NCBI GenBank assembly: GCA_945859975.1
Contig: CAMAPH010000001.1
Coordinates: 64,001 to 128,000 of the forward strand
Direction: 5' to 3'
Length of the DNA stretch: 64,000 bases
Source of the DNA: Chthonomonas calidirosea
GTDB taxonomy: Bacteria; Armatimonadota; Fimbriimonadia; Fimbriimonadales; Fimbriimonadaceae
Shown here: piece by piece, positions 18,983 through 28,570 of the stretch
How positions within the stretch are numbered: the stretch's first letter is position 1
Layout of the letters: every line of letters starts with the position of its first letter
Translations under genes and position numbers: made by a program
Notes under the pieces: model-generated
The model's input: the letters and a program-made list of their open reading frames with translations, nothing else
What the model was told of the DNA's origin: nothing
Database searches by the model: none

Positions 18983-20746
18983 ATGCGCACTTTCACAACC
19001 GGCTGTATGGCCCTCTTCGCTACGGTCGCTATGGCCCAACTTGACGGACCGGCACCGCTCGCGTGGCGATGGCTGTACCCAACGACGGTCGCCCCCAGTG
19101 GCGCACCGCTGGTGGATGGAGACACCATGTACACCAGCGTTGGTGGTCGAGTCTTTTCGATCGAAAAGGCGTCTGGGAATCTGAAGTGGCGATATCCGCA
19201 ACTGGATCCAATTGCAGGCGCTTTCCGTTCTGCCCCAGTAAAGGCTGCAGGCATCATCGTCGCGATCGGCGACAACAAGATTGCCTACGGAATTGACCCC
19301 GCGAAGGGCGAACCGAAGTGGACCATCAACACGCCAGGCTCACCCATCGGTCAGCCAATCGTTGTTGAAGATAAATACGTTGTCTTCGCTCAAGCAAACA
19401 ACACGCTGGTAGCACTTGATGCAAACACCGGCGAAACGGCTTGGACGGCACCTTTGGCTGTTCCGGGTGGAATTTCCGGCGGAATTGCTGGCTTTGCAAA
19501 CAACATCCTTGTTTTCAACACGCAGCAAGAACTGCTTTCGATCAACATCGCGACCCAAAAGGTGAACTGGAAACAGCGATTCGAGCGAGTTGTTTCCGGT
19601 GCGGTTCCAATCGTCGCCGCGGATACGATTTACGCAAACTCGGGCGGCGTTTTGGTCGCACTAAACGCGGCAACCGGCAGCCTGAAATGGCAAGTCGCCA
19701 CAGGACTCCAACTGATCTACTCTCCGGCGGTTTCGTCTTCAGGAATTCTGGTCACCAGTTCCGAGGGCATCTGCAAGATTTATGACCTCAACCGAACGCT
19801 GATTTCGAAGGTTCCGGTGAAACTGGGCAGCGGTCCTATCGCAACACCGACTTCATCTGGCAGCAAGTACGTGGTTCTTACCGCGAACGGCGCCGTAAAT
19901 TTGGTGGACCCGACGCAGAGCAAGCCAATCTGGAGCTACGTGATTCGTCCACTTGAAGAGCCAGCTGGCGGTGCGGTCGGTGGTCGCGGACCAGGTGCCG
20001 GTGGTCCTGGCGCAGGCGGTCCTGGTGGCGGCTTTGGTGGCGGCGGCGGCGCTGGTGGATTCGGCGGTGCTGGTGGCGCCGGTGGATTCGGCGGTGGCGG
20101 TGCTGGCGGCGGCCGAAACGGCGGCGGCGGCCAAGGTGCTGGTGGCGGCGCCGGACAAGGCGGCCCTGGCGGCGGCGGTCCTGGTGGCGGTGGTCCTGGC
20201 GGACAGGGTCAGAACACCCTTCCTCCAGTGTTCGTGCAAGCTTCCGGAGCGGCTACCGTTTCTGGAAACACCCTCTTGGTCCCAGCAAAGGATGGCAGCG
20301 TCCTAGCCTTCGACAATCTTCTCGGCGTAGACCTCACGGCTCCACAAGTCACGATGCTGTTCCCTAACCCGGGAGACCAGGTTTCCGGGCAGCCTCCGCT
20401 GTTCCTCGCGTTCAAGATTTCCGATGAGGCATCTGGATGGAACGAGAGCACGCTCAAGATTGAAGTTGATGGCCAGAAATTGGATTACACGATTGGCCGA
20501 GATGGACTGATCGTCGTGCGATTCAGCACCGTCGGTGCAAACCGAGTCCTCACGAACGGTCGCAAGAAGTTCGTAGTCACGGTTCTTGACTGGCTCGGCA
20601 ACGAAGCAAAGCAAGACTTCGCGCTCACCATCGATAACTCGCTCGCTCCGGTTAAGTTGCCAGGATCGCAGAATAATGGCCAGCCTGGCGGAGCCGGTGG
20701 CGGCGGAATCGGCGGCGGCGGTGGCGGTGGCGGAATCGGCGGCTAA
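18983..20746 (+). CDS. Secreted PQQ-like (BamB-type) beta-propeller protein with a Gly-rich insert and C-terminal Ig-like domain
   Basis: Signal peptide and repeated ALDA.TG...W blades. Start placed at ATG 18983 (ORF track gives 18974). Confidence 0.8.
   Translation: MRTFTTGCMALFATVAMAQLDGPAPLAWRWLYPTTVAPSGAPLVDGDTMYTSVGGRVFSIEKASGNLKWRYPQLDPIAGAFRSAPVKAAGIIVAIGDNKIAYGIDPAKGEPKWTINTPGSPIGQPIVVEDKYVVFAQANNTLVALDANTGETAWTAPLAVPGGISGGIAGFANNILVFNTQQELLSINIATQKVNWKQRFERVVSGAVPIVAADTIYANSGGVLVALNAATGSLKWQVATGLQLIYSPAVSSSGILVTSSEGICKIYDLNRTLISKVPVKLGSGPIATPTSSGSKYVVLTANGAVNLVDPTQSKPIWSYVIRPLEEPAGGAVGGRGPGAGGPGAGGPGGGFGGGGGAGGFGGAGGAGGFGGGGAGGGRNGGGGQGAGGGAGQGGPGGGGPGGGGPGGQGQNTLPPVFVQASGAATVSGNTLLVPAKDGSVLAFDNLLGVDLTAPQVTMLFPNPGDQVSGQPPLFLAFKISDEASGWNESTLKIEVDGQKLDYTIGRDGLIVVRFSTVGANRVLTNGRKKFVVTVLDWLGNEAKQDFALTIDNSLAPVKLPGSQNNGQPGGAGGGGIGGGGGGGGIGG
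19964..20209 (+). repeat. In-frame Gly-rich low-complexity repeat (GGPG/GGAG/GGFG units)
   Basis: Repeated ggcggc/ggtggc codons encoding about 80 aa; a second Gly-rich tract lies at the C-terminus. Confidence 0.9.
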
Positions 20747-20757
20747 GCCCACCTAAC

Positions 20758-21786
20758 ATGACGACGGAGTTCATTCAACAACTCCTCGCCAGCGAAGTAT
20801 CGCCCGCCAAAGCGCGGGCGATACTTGCGTCTGAGGATGATTTTCTCGCTAGCCCTCTACTCACTGAGGTTGAGCGGAATCGTGCCCGAAACGCGCCCCT
20901 AGACGCCCTAACGGACGCGCTTCGCAACGGAGCCGAGCCGATTCGGCCAGCGGAGATGCCCGAGTTACTGCACGAACTTGAGATTCCCCCGCCGGCACTG
21001 TTCGGTTGGGGCGATTTGAGTTGCCTGCATCGACCGACCATTGCCATTGTCGGAACCCGCGGCGCCAGCACTTACGGCAAGGCATGCGCCCAAAAGTTTG
21101 CGGAAGCCTTTGCCCAACGCGGAGTGACGGTGGTCAGTGGCGGTGCGCTTGGAATTGATGCCGCCGCCCATAAGGGTGCCCTGGCGGTTGAAGGCGCCAC
21201 GGTCGCTGTCCTCGCTTGCGGAGTTGACGTGACCTACCCGGCTGCCCATGCCGGACTGTTTATGCAAATCCGGGAGCGAGGCGCGATCCTAAGCCAGTTT
21301 GCCTGCGGCAGCAAACCGAACGAATACAAGTTCCTGCAAAGGAACAGCCTCATTGCGGCGCTGAGCCTCGCGGTGCTGGTGGTTGAAGCGCCGGCAAGAT
21401 CGGGTGCTCTGAGCACGGCGAACATTGCAAACGACATCGGCCGTCCGGTGTTTGTCGTTCCTGCAAACATCAATAATCCGAACTTTCTGGGCTCGTTTGC
21501 GCTTATTCGAGACGGAGCCACCCTGGTCGATCACCCCGACCAAGTGCTGGAATCCCTGGATTTGGACACTACTCCTTCCCTCTTCACCGGAAGTAGTTTT
21601 GCGAAGACCGACTCCGATTCCTTGGCAGGACGAATCCTTGCCGTGCTTACGGTTGAGCCGCAGCCAACCGACAAAATCGTCGCTGCGGTAGGCGCAACGG
21701 CTTCAGATGTCCTTGGAGAACTCACCATGCTGGAGCTTGACGGCAAAATACTTCGGGACGGTCCGGGCTACGCTATAAAGCCATGA
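20758..21786 (+). CDS. dprA: DNA-processing protein DprA
   Basis: AIVGTR.AS.YG, VVSGGALGIDAAAH, F..RN.LIA, SGAL.TA motifs and C-terminal winged helix. Confidence 0.93.
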   Translation: MTTEFIQQLLASEVSPAKARAILASEDDFLASPLLTEVERNRARNAPLDALTDALRNGAEPIRPAEMPELLHELEIPPPALFGWGDLSCLHRPTIAIVGTRGASTYGKACAQKFAEAFAQRGVTVVSGGALGIDAAAHKGALAVEGATVAVLACGVDVTYPAAHAGLFMQIRERGAILSQFACGSKPNEYKFLQRNSLIAALSLAVLVVEAPARSGALSTANIANDIGRPVFVVPANINNPNFLGSFALIRDGATLVDHPDQVLESLDLDTTPSLFTGSSFAKTDSDSLAGRILAVLTVEPQPTDKIVAAVGATASDVLGELTMLELDGKILRDGPGYAIKP

Positions 21787-22820
21787 AGGGCACTTTCCGC
21801 GCAATCGGTCCGTCGGGATTTGGGACATACGACGTTGACCTCGATTCCGGAACCTGGACACCCACCGATGCCCAGGATGCGCCGCTCCTTGCTCCAGGAT
21901 TTGTCGACATCCATTTCCATGGAGCCTTCGGTATCGACTTCATGACCAGCGACGCCGAGCAACAACTCGAACTCGCGCAGCAACTCGACGCGATTGGTTA
22001 CGACAAAGTGCTCTTCACCACCGTCACCGCGCTCGTTGAAGACGTGACGCGAGCGATCGAAGGGCTCCCGAGCCATCCCGTCGTTGCCGGTTTTCACTTG
22101 GAAGGTCCGTTCATTTCGCCGGTTTTTCCCGGTGCTCAGCCTGCTGCCTTCATTCAAAACCCTGCCGAGCACGGCGACAAGTGGGAAGAAGTTCTCAACC
22201 ATCCTCGACTCAAGCTGGTCACTCTCGCCCCAGAAATCCCGGGGGGATATGCGCTAATCGCGCAACTCACGGAACGCCACGTCGTCTCCAGCCTTGGGCA
22301 CACGAATGCCACTTTTGAAGAATGCGTAATGGCGGCCGACGCCGGGGCGCGGCACACGACCCATACATTCAACGCAATGCGGCCCTTGCATCACCGAGAA
22401 GCCGGAACGGTTGGGTTTGCGTTGCTCGACGATCGAATCCGAACGGAGCTGATCTACGATCGGATCCACGTATCGCCTCCGGCGGCCAGGGTTTTGGTTC
22501 GCGCAAAGTCCGACAAGATCGTCGCCGTCAGCGACTCGACGATGGCTTCTGGCCTGAAGGAAGGGACAGAACTCTTCATGTGGGGACTTGAGTGTGTGGT
22601 AGGAAAGGGCCAAGTGCGACTCAAGAACGGGACACTAGCTGGAAGCGCGATCACGCTAGCAAACGCGTTCCAAAATTTGGCGCAGGACTTTGGACCGGAG
22701 CTCGCCATTCGAAGCTGTTGTCTGAACCCGAGATCGGTGGTTGGGAATCCCCCCATCCGGCAGTGGCTGGTCTTTGACGAACAGTTTAAGGTCGTCGATC
22801 GGTATCGGCTCGAAGCCTAA
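21783..22820 (+). CDS. nagA: N-acetylglucosamine-6-phosphate deacetylase
   Basis: PGFVDIHFHG, HLEGPFI, LGHTNA, THTFNAM..LHHR, LAGS motifs. Confidence 0.9.
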   Translation: MKGTFRAIGPSGFGTYDVDLDSGTWTPTDAQDAPLLAPGFVDIHFHGAFGIDFMTSDAEQQLELAQQLDAIGYDKVLFTTVTALVEDVTRAIEGLPSHPVVAGFHLEGPFISPVFPGAQPAAFIQNPAEHGDKWEEVLNHPRLKLVTLAPEIPGGYALIAQLTERHVVSSLGHTNATFEECVMAADAGARHTTHTFNAMRPLHHREAGTVGFALLDDRIRTELIYDRIHVSPPAARVLVRAKSDKIVAVSDSTMASGLKEGTELFMWGLECVVGKGQVRLKNGTLAGSAITLANAFQNLAQDFGPELAIRSCCLNPRSVVGNPPIRQWLVFDEQFKVVDRYRLEA

Positions 22821-23701
22821 CCCACCATTCGGTTGAGACGGTCCCAAACTGCTGCCCACTCCAAAGTTCGTGGCGGGGTCTGGATCTCAATCTCGGGCGG
22901 GTTCATTTCTTCCATCTGATGCAGGGCGGCGTAGAGTCTCGCCGCGTAGGCTCTTGGCTCTCGGGGCATCGGTATCTGCTTGATCGTCGCGGACAGGATG
23001 GTAAGCCCGTACGCTTCCGGTGTGGGGACTCCCACGAGTCGCACGGGAATCTTCGGAGCGTAGTGCCGCTTGTACTGACCGGGAACGCGGACGTCGGCAT
23101 CTGAATCCACGACCGGGATGAATTGCTCAATATCTGCCCGAGAAATTGAACCGGATCTCAGAATCGCAACAACATCCGAGCGACGGCAGTCGACGATCGT
23201 CGACTCAATACCAACTTCACACGGGCCCCCATCGAGGATCGCGAACACCTTCTGGGAGATTTCCGAGGAAACGTCCTCCGCGCGGGTTGGGGAAAGTCGA
23301 GTAAAAACGTTTGCGCTTGGAGCGACGATTGGTTCGCCAACCAGCTCAAGCAGCCGAAGCGCAACCGGATGCGCAGGCATTCGGATTGCGACCGTTCCTA
23401 ATTCCGAGTCTGTCGGCAGGACGATCGTCATGGGGCCAGGCCAGAATGCTGCGGTTAGCTTGTCACCGGAATAAGTCCACGTTGAAGCGATATTTTTTGC
23501 GTCATCGATGCTGCCGACGTGAACGATCAGAGGGTTATTGGAGGGGCGGCTTTTGACCTCGTAGATTTGGCGATTGGCTGCAGAGCTTCGGGCCAAACCC
23601 GCCAAGCCGTACACCGTTTCGGTCGGCATCACTACCAGCTCTTCGCGAAGCAGGGCGGCGGCGCAATGAGCGAGATTTTCTGAAGACGCCTCCAGAATCA
23701 A
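22817..23701 (-). CDS. sua5: Threonylcarbamoyl-AMP synthase, Sua5 type (TsaC2)
   Basis: PTETVYGL, K.RP..NPLIVH, APSAN, GIEST and linker PGQ..RHYAP. Confidence 0.92.
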   Translation of the reverse strand: MILEASSENLAHCAAALLREELVVMPTETVYGLAGLARSSAANRQIYEVKSRPSNNPLIVHVGSIDDAKNIASTWTYSGDKLTAAFWPGPMTIVLPTDSELGTVAIRMPAHPVALRLLELVGEPIVAPSANVFTRLSPTRAEDVSSEISQKVFAILDGGPCEVGIESTIVDCRRSDVVAILRSGSISRADIEQFIPVVDSDADVRVPGQYKRHYAPKIPVRLVGVPTPEAYGLTILSATIKQIPMPREPRAYAARLYAALHQMEEMNPPEIEIQTPPRTLEWAAVWDRLNRMVG

Positions 23702-24492
23702 AGTCCAACCGCCCGCCGCATCGGCTCTCGCGGGACGGGGCGTCCAAGCCAGAATTCCATGGCAAGCGCTCCTTGCGCCACCAGCATCGCGCGGCCATCG
23801 AGCTTTGGGCGCGATCCGGCAGCAGCTAGAAATGCCGTCGGCTCGGAACTGTACATGAGATCATAGGCCACTGCCTCGGGGTCTGCGGCGGTCCAATCGA
23901 GCTCCAGCACAGCTCCGGTTAGCGATGCACTGGTCGCGTTGATGACGATGTCTGCGTCTGCGACGGTTGGCTCGGCTAGGACCACCACTCCTGGGATAAC
24001 GGCGGCAAGTTCGTGAGCCCTTGCCTCGGTTCGGTTCCAGAGCCGGACCTCGTAACCAGCCGCGGACAATGACAGCACGATGGCTCGGGCAGATCCGCCT
24101 GCACCCAGAACGGTGGCGCGTCGGCCGGGAAACTGGGAAATTGTTTCCAAAAAGCCGGGACCGTCCGTGTTATTTCCTTCTCGCCCTTGAAGGGCAATGG
24201 TGTTAACTGCTTCTGCCGCGGAGGCGAACTCAGACACCCTTTCGCACCATTGGCGCGCGGCCGACTTGTTGGGCACGGTCACGTTGATGCCTTCGAATCC
24301 GAGGCTCGAAAGGTGGTCCAGCGCTTTTCCTACTTCGGCTTCTGGCACCTGAATTGCCACGTACTCCCCTCGTTCACCGAGTTCTCGAAGAACCGCGTTC
24401 TGCATTTTTGGCGACAGCGAATGGCTTACCGGATATCCGATCACGGCGAACCGCGCGGCCGGTGCGTCTCGCCAGGGGTACACCTGGTTCAT
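23698..24492 (-). CDS. aroE: Shikimate dehydrogenase
   Basis: G.PVSHSLSP, NVTVP.K, AVNT, NTDG.GF, GAGGSAR motifs. Start at ATG 24492 (ATGA overlap with the upstream stop). Confidence 0.9.
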   Translation of the reverse strand: MNQVYPWRDAPAARFAVIGYPVSHSLSPKMQNAVLRELGERGEYVAIQVPEAEVGKALDHLSSLGFEGINVTVPNKSAARQWCERVSEFASAAEAVNTIALQGREGNNTDGPGFLETISQFPGRRATVLGAGGSARAIVLSLSAAGYEVRLWNRTEARAHELAAVIPGVVVLAEPTVADADIVINATSASLTGAVLELDWTAADPEAVAYDLMYSSEPTAFLAAAGSRPKLDGRAMLVAQGALAMEFWLGRPVPREPMRRAVGL

Positions 24493-25547
24493 TCTGCCGG
24501 GGCTCGGAAGGCGTAGTACCGCTGGCCCAGGAAGTTCCAAACTGCAACGATTGCCGCGGCAAGGACGTTCGCCAACAAAACGCTGTCACCAGGCAAGACG
24601 TTGTAGAAGAACGAGAATAGGCCGATGTTCAACAGGGCAGCAACCGTCGTGATGACATAGAATTTCCGCACCTGAACGGCGCGAGGTGCCTTGCCAACGG
24701 CTTCAAATGTCCACGACCGATTAAAGATCAAGCTGTTGAAAGTCGCAATTCCCCACGCGATCAGACCTGCAACGGGTGAGGCCAATTTCAGCGGAGCCGA
24801 ACTGCGCATGATTTCCTGAACAACCGTGCCTTGCAACGCACCGCCAATCGCGAGGCCCAGGCCGGTGAAGCGCATGATCACAAGCTTGACGAAACTGTCG
24901 ATGACAAACGACGTTCCCCCGACGACGATGAAACGTGTGAGCTGCTTTAGGAGCGTTCGCTCCTGAACTTCCGGACCACCCGCGCCTTCCTTTCCTAGGA
25001 TTAAGGCCTTGTATATTTGTGTTTTCAAGAATCCCTCGATGGCGCGGTTCACGGCTGTTCCCTTGAACTCCGGGCCTTCCATCTTTTCAACCCAAATTGC
25101 ATCGATTCCGCTCCGGTTCGCGCCAAAAATATCGGTAACCAGTTGATCGCCGATCATGATTGCCTCTGACGGCGCGCACTGGAACTTAAGTAGAGCCAGC
25201 CGAAACATGGCGCGGCTTGGTTTCATTCGGCCCCGCACTACGGCGACATTGAGCGATTCGGACAGTCGCATCAACCTTTCCGGCCGACGCGTGTTGCTGA
25301 TGAGGCATAACTGGAAGCCCATTTCTTTGGCCTTCGTTAGCCATTCGGACACTCCTGGGGCCGGGGCTTCGCCTTTCCATTCGACCAAGGTGTGGTCAAC
25401 GTCGAGAAGGATCAGCTTCTTTCCGCGCTCTTTGAGTCGGTCCAGATCGACGTCTTTTAGGCCATGCACGGCCTCCGCGGGTGTGAACTTGCGGAATCCC
25501 CGACCGACGCGGGCATGATCGAATTCGCCGGTTATCCAAGTTTTCAT
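24489..25547 (-). CDS. YqeG-family HAD-IIIA phosphatase fused to a GtrA-like membrane domain
   Basis: LLDVDHTL, ISN, KP, MIGDQLVTDIFGANRSG; then RFIVVGG..F.ID, FNRSWTF and WNF...RYYAF (GtrA pattern). Confidence 0.85.
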   Translation of the reverse strand: MKTWITGEFDHARVGRGFRKFTPAEAVHGLKDVDLDRLKERGKKLILLDVDHTLVEWKGEAPAPGVSEWLTKAKEMGFQLCLISNTRRPERLMRLSESLNVAVVRGRMKPSRAMFRLALLKFQCAPSEAIMIGDQLVTDIFGANRSGIDAIWVEKMEGPEFKGTAVNRAIEGFLKTQIYKALILGKEGAGGPEVQERTLLKQLTRFIVVGGTSFVIDSFVKLVIMRFTGLGLAIGGALQGTVVQEIMRSSAPLKLASPVAGLIAWGIATFNSLIFNRSWTFEAVGKAPRAVQVRKFYVITTVAALLNIGLFSFFYNVLPGDSVLLANVLAAAIVAVWNFLGQRYYAFRAPAE

Positions 25548-26566
25548 TCTGTCAAACCTTGTCGAAGTTGCCGCAACGCTCGTTGGGCGGTCTTTCGCGC
25601 TCGGAAGTTCACGTTGTGCTGCTCAATCGTCGCCGCGAACCGAGATTCCCCGCTTGGCATGGCAACGTAATACAAGTATGAATGTTGGGCAGGTTTCAGA
25701 GCGGCCTGGATACTTGCCACCGTCGGTGAGCAGATTGGGGTTGGCGGGAGTCCGTCGTTGCGGTAGAGGTTGTAGGGCGAGTCGATGCTCTTATACTCGC
25801 TCCGGAGCAGTGGCCGCCACTTTTGAATTCCGTAGTTGATCGCGGCATCGATCTGCAGCCGCATTCCCTTTGACAGTCGATTCTCGATCACTCCCGCGAC
25901 GATGGGGCGCTCGTTATCCTCTTTGACTTCGAGCTCTACCAGCGAGGCAACGGTGATGACGCGATGCAGATTCTCAGGCTGATCTAGCCCTTGCCAGACC
26001 TTTTTTTCAAAGTTGGCAAGCTGACGAACAATGACACCGCGGGCGCCTAGGAGGGGCGGGAAGTCGTAGGTGTCGGGGTAGAGATAGCCTTCCAGAGACT
26101 TCTCCGGAAGTGGGAAGTTGACGACATCCTTAAAGGCGCTCGGATTGTTGACAAGGGCCATGTATTCGGCGGCGGTGCAGACGTTCGCTTTTGCGAGTAA
26201 GTTCGCCGAGCGGCGGGCCCAGTTGGTTTCGGGCATGCGGACCATTTGGCTGATTGGCTTTTGGAGAACTCGGAAGATTTCGCCGAGTTCCATTCCGGGG
26301 CGGAGTTCGTAGGTGCCGGTTTGGACGGTTTGCGGGGTGCGTTCTAGTCGGGAGAAAAGGTGGGCGGCGAAGGAGTCGGTGACAAAACCTTCGGTTTGCA
26401 GCCTTCCTAAAGCTCGCTCCAAGCTCGTTCTGGACTCGAAGCGGATGAGCTTGGGTTCGCCGTTTGGCTTTGGCGCGAGGCGGGTTTTGAACCAGACGCT
26501 GACGAGAATGAGGTCAACGACCAGAAATACGCAGACGATCAGAATGATGCGCGGCCGGCGGTTCAA
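25544..26566 (-). CDS. mltG: Endolytic transglycosylase MltG
   Basis: N-terminal TM helix, LEGYLYPDTY, ASLVELE, LQIDA, SPYNLY...GLPPTPI motifs. Confidence 0.92.
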   Translation of the reverse strand: MNRRPRIILIVCVFLVVDLILVSVWFKTRLAPKPNGEPKLIRFESRTSLERALGRLQTEGFVTDSFAAHLFSRLERTPQTVQTGTYELRPGMELGEIFRVLQKPISQMVRMPETNWARRSANLLAKANVCTAAEYMALVNNPSAFKDVVNFPLPEKSLEGYLYPDTYDFPPLLGARGVIVRQLANFEKKVWQGLDQPENLHRVITVASLVELEVKEDNERPIVAGVIENRLSKGMRLQIDAAINYGIQKWRPLLRSEYKSIDSPYNLYRNDGLPPTPICSPTVASIQAALKPAQHSYLYYVAMPSGESRFAATIEQHNVNFRARKTAQRALRQLRQGLTE

Positions 26567-26973
26567 GATTGCCCCCGGAAGAATCGCTCAAGGATTCGGC
26601 AAGCGGCTTCGCCGTCTCGGCGTTTGCGGCGCTCGGCTTCGGTCATGTCGAGTCCGGCCATGGCGTCGGTCGCTTCGACGCTCGTGAAGCTTTCATCGAC
26701 CATGTGGACTTTGTAGCCCAAGGCTTCAAGGTTTGCCCCGAACTGTCGCATCACCTTTGCCATGCGGCCTTCGGTGCCGTCGAGTTCTACCGGTAGGCCA
26801 ACGACGATGGCGTCGACTTGTTCAACCTTTGCCTTTGCGGCGACTTGTTCGGCGTCGAGGGTCAGCTTTCCCCGCGCGGTCAATGCCGGGCGGGGCGAGA
26901 CGACTTGGGGCGAGCTTTCTCCGATCGCCAAGCCGATGCGCTTTGTTCCCAAATCTACGCCGAGCAGTCTCAT
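26563..26973 (-). CDS. ruvX: YqgF/RuvX pre-16S rRNA nuclease
   Basis: LGVDLGTKRIGLA, VVGLP, DESFTS, D..AA..ILE motifs. Confidence 0.92.
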   Translation of the reverse strand: MRLLGVDLGTKRIGLAIGESSPQVVSPRPALTARGKLTLDAEQVAAKAKVEQVDAIVVGLPVELDGTEGRMAKVMRQFGANLEALGYKVHMVDESFTSVEATDAMAGLDMTEAERRKRRDGEAACRILERFFRGQS

Positions 26974-27743
26974 GCAGCTCGGAACATCTCGACCAGCTCG
27001 TCGTGAACCACGCCGTTCGTAGCGAGGGCAGCGTAGCCTCCCTTGTCGTCGATGGGCGTGTAGCCGTCGGCGCCGTCGGGGGTCGTGAACTTGCCGCCGG
27101 CTTCGGTGACGATGAGTCCGACGCTACTGACATCCCAGAGGGCGACTCGGGGGTCGATCATGGCTTCGGCTTTGCCCCAGGCGACGAGGGCATAGCCGTA
27201 GGCGTCGCCCCAGGTTCGGACGTCCATGGCGCGCTCGCCGGCTTTTAGGTACGGATCGAGGCGGTTGAGGCGCTGCATGGTGCGGAGGCTGCCGCAGCAG
27301 AGGATGCTGCCGTCGAGTCCTTTTTCGCTGACGTGGATTGGGCGACCGTTGACGTAGGCGCCTTCGCCCGTTTCGGCGAAGAACATAAGGTCTAGCCCTG
27401 GGAAGTAGGCGATGCCTAGGACGGGTCGGCGGTCCACTTCGTAGCTGAGCAGGGTGCTGTAGCTTGGGACTCCGGCGACGAAGGCTTTGGTTCCGTCGAT
27501 CGGGTCGATGACCCAGCGGTCGGCTACGGCGGCGTCGCCGCCTTCTTCTTCACCCAGGATGTGGTCGTTCGGGAACTGCTTTTCGATCAGTTCGCGAATG
27601 ATTCGCTCGGCGCCGCGGTCGGCGGCGGTTACCGGGGTGTCGTCGCTTTTGGTATCCACCATCGTTCCGGTTTGGAACAGGGAGAGGGTGAATTTGCCAG
27701 CTTTGTGGGCCGCGTCTAGGGCAAAAGCGAGTCTTGGCGACAT
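26970..27743 (-). CDS. hisN: Inositol monophosphatase family protein, probably histidinol-phosphatase HisN
   Basis: K.D.TPVT.AD..AE, GEE, WVIDPIDGT, R.WGD.YGY, WD motifs. Confidence 0.7.
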   Translation of the reverse strand: MSPRLAFALDAAHKAGKFTLSLFQTGTMVDTKSDDTPVTAADRGAERIIRELIEKQFPNDHILGEEEGGDAAVADRWVIDPIDGTKAFVAGVPSYSTLLSYEVDRRPVLGIAYFPGLDLMFFAETGEGAYVNGRPIHVSEKGLDGSILCCGSLRTMQRLNRLDPYLKAGERAMDVRTWGDAYGYALVAWGKAEAMIDPRVALWDVSSVGLIVTEAGGKFTTPDGADGYTPIDDKGGYAALATNGVVHDELVEMFRAA

Positions 27744-27802
27744 GAGCCTCAGTTTGACACCGATCTACTGAACTCTTGGCAAAATGGCCGGTCAATGCTG
27801 GC

Positions 27803-28570
27803 ATGCCATTTGTTGCGATTGCCTTGCTGCTTGCCGTTTCGACCGCCGAAGAGAAAGTGTATGACGTTGCCGGAGTTCAGCGGGAGGCGACGATCATCGC
27901 TCCTACGCGAACGACGGCGAATCCTCCGTTGATTTTCGGATTCCACGGTCATGGTGGTAACCGCCGGAATGCGGCGCGGAGTTTCCGGTTGGAGCAGCTT
28001 TGGCCGGAAGCGATCGTTGTTTACATGCAGGGCCTTCCGACGCCGGGGATGACCGATCCGAATGGCGAAAAAAACGGCTGGCAACAGAACGCCGGGGAGC
28101 AAGGTGACCGCGATTTGGCCTTCTTCGATACGGTTTTGAAGGATGTCTCCTCCCGATTTCGCGTTGCCCCTTCGCGGACTTTTTCGATGGGGCACAGTAA
28201 CGGCGGCCGGTTCTCCTACCTGCTTTGGTCGAAACGCGGCGACAAGTTTGCGGCGTTTGGTCCTTCGGCTTCCCCGGTCGGGTTGATGCCAATTGAACCT
28301 AAGCCGGCCTTCATCATGGCGGGTGAGACGGATGAAGTCGTCAGATTTGCCAGCCAGCAGCGGTCGATCAACCGAGTCCTTCGAATCGACGGCCATCGGG
28401 GAGACGGCAAGAAGATCGCGGAGTACACCACGCGGTACGACGGCGCGACGCCGGTGATCACTTATGTCCACCCGGATGGGCACCGATTCACTTCGGAGGC
28501 GATGCCGATGATGATCACTTTCTTTCGCGAGATCGTGAGTGGTACAATTTCAAATCGGTCGGGGGCATAG
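27803..28570 (+). CDS. Secreted alpha/beta-hydrolase esterase (LpqP/PHB-depolymerase-like)
   Basis: Signal peptide, FHGHGG, GHSNGG nucleophile elbow, G..D..V and GH. The stop codon lies inside tRNA-Ala. Confidence 0.8.
   Translation: MPFVAIALLLAVSTAEEKVYDVAGVQREATIIAPTRTTANPPLIFGFHGHGGNRRNAARSFRLEQLWPEAIVVYMQGLPTPGMTDPNGEKNGWQQNAGEQGDRDLAFFDTVLKDVSSRFRVAPSRTFSMGHSNGGRFSYLLWSKRGDKFAAFGPSASPVGLMPIEPKPAFIMAGETDEVVRFASQQRSINRVLRIDGHRGDGKKIAEYTTRYDGATPVITYVHPDGHRFTSEAMPMMITFFREIVSGTISNRSGA
28540..28548 (+). promoter_or_regulatory. Extended -10 element (TGnTACAAT), probable tRNA-Ala promoter
   Basis: TGGTACAAT ends 12 nt upstream of the tRNA 5' end, within the esterase ORF. Confidence 0.55.
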
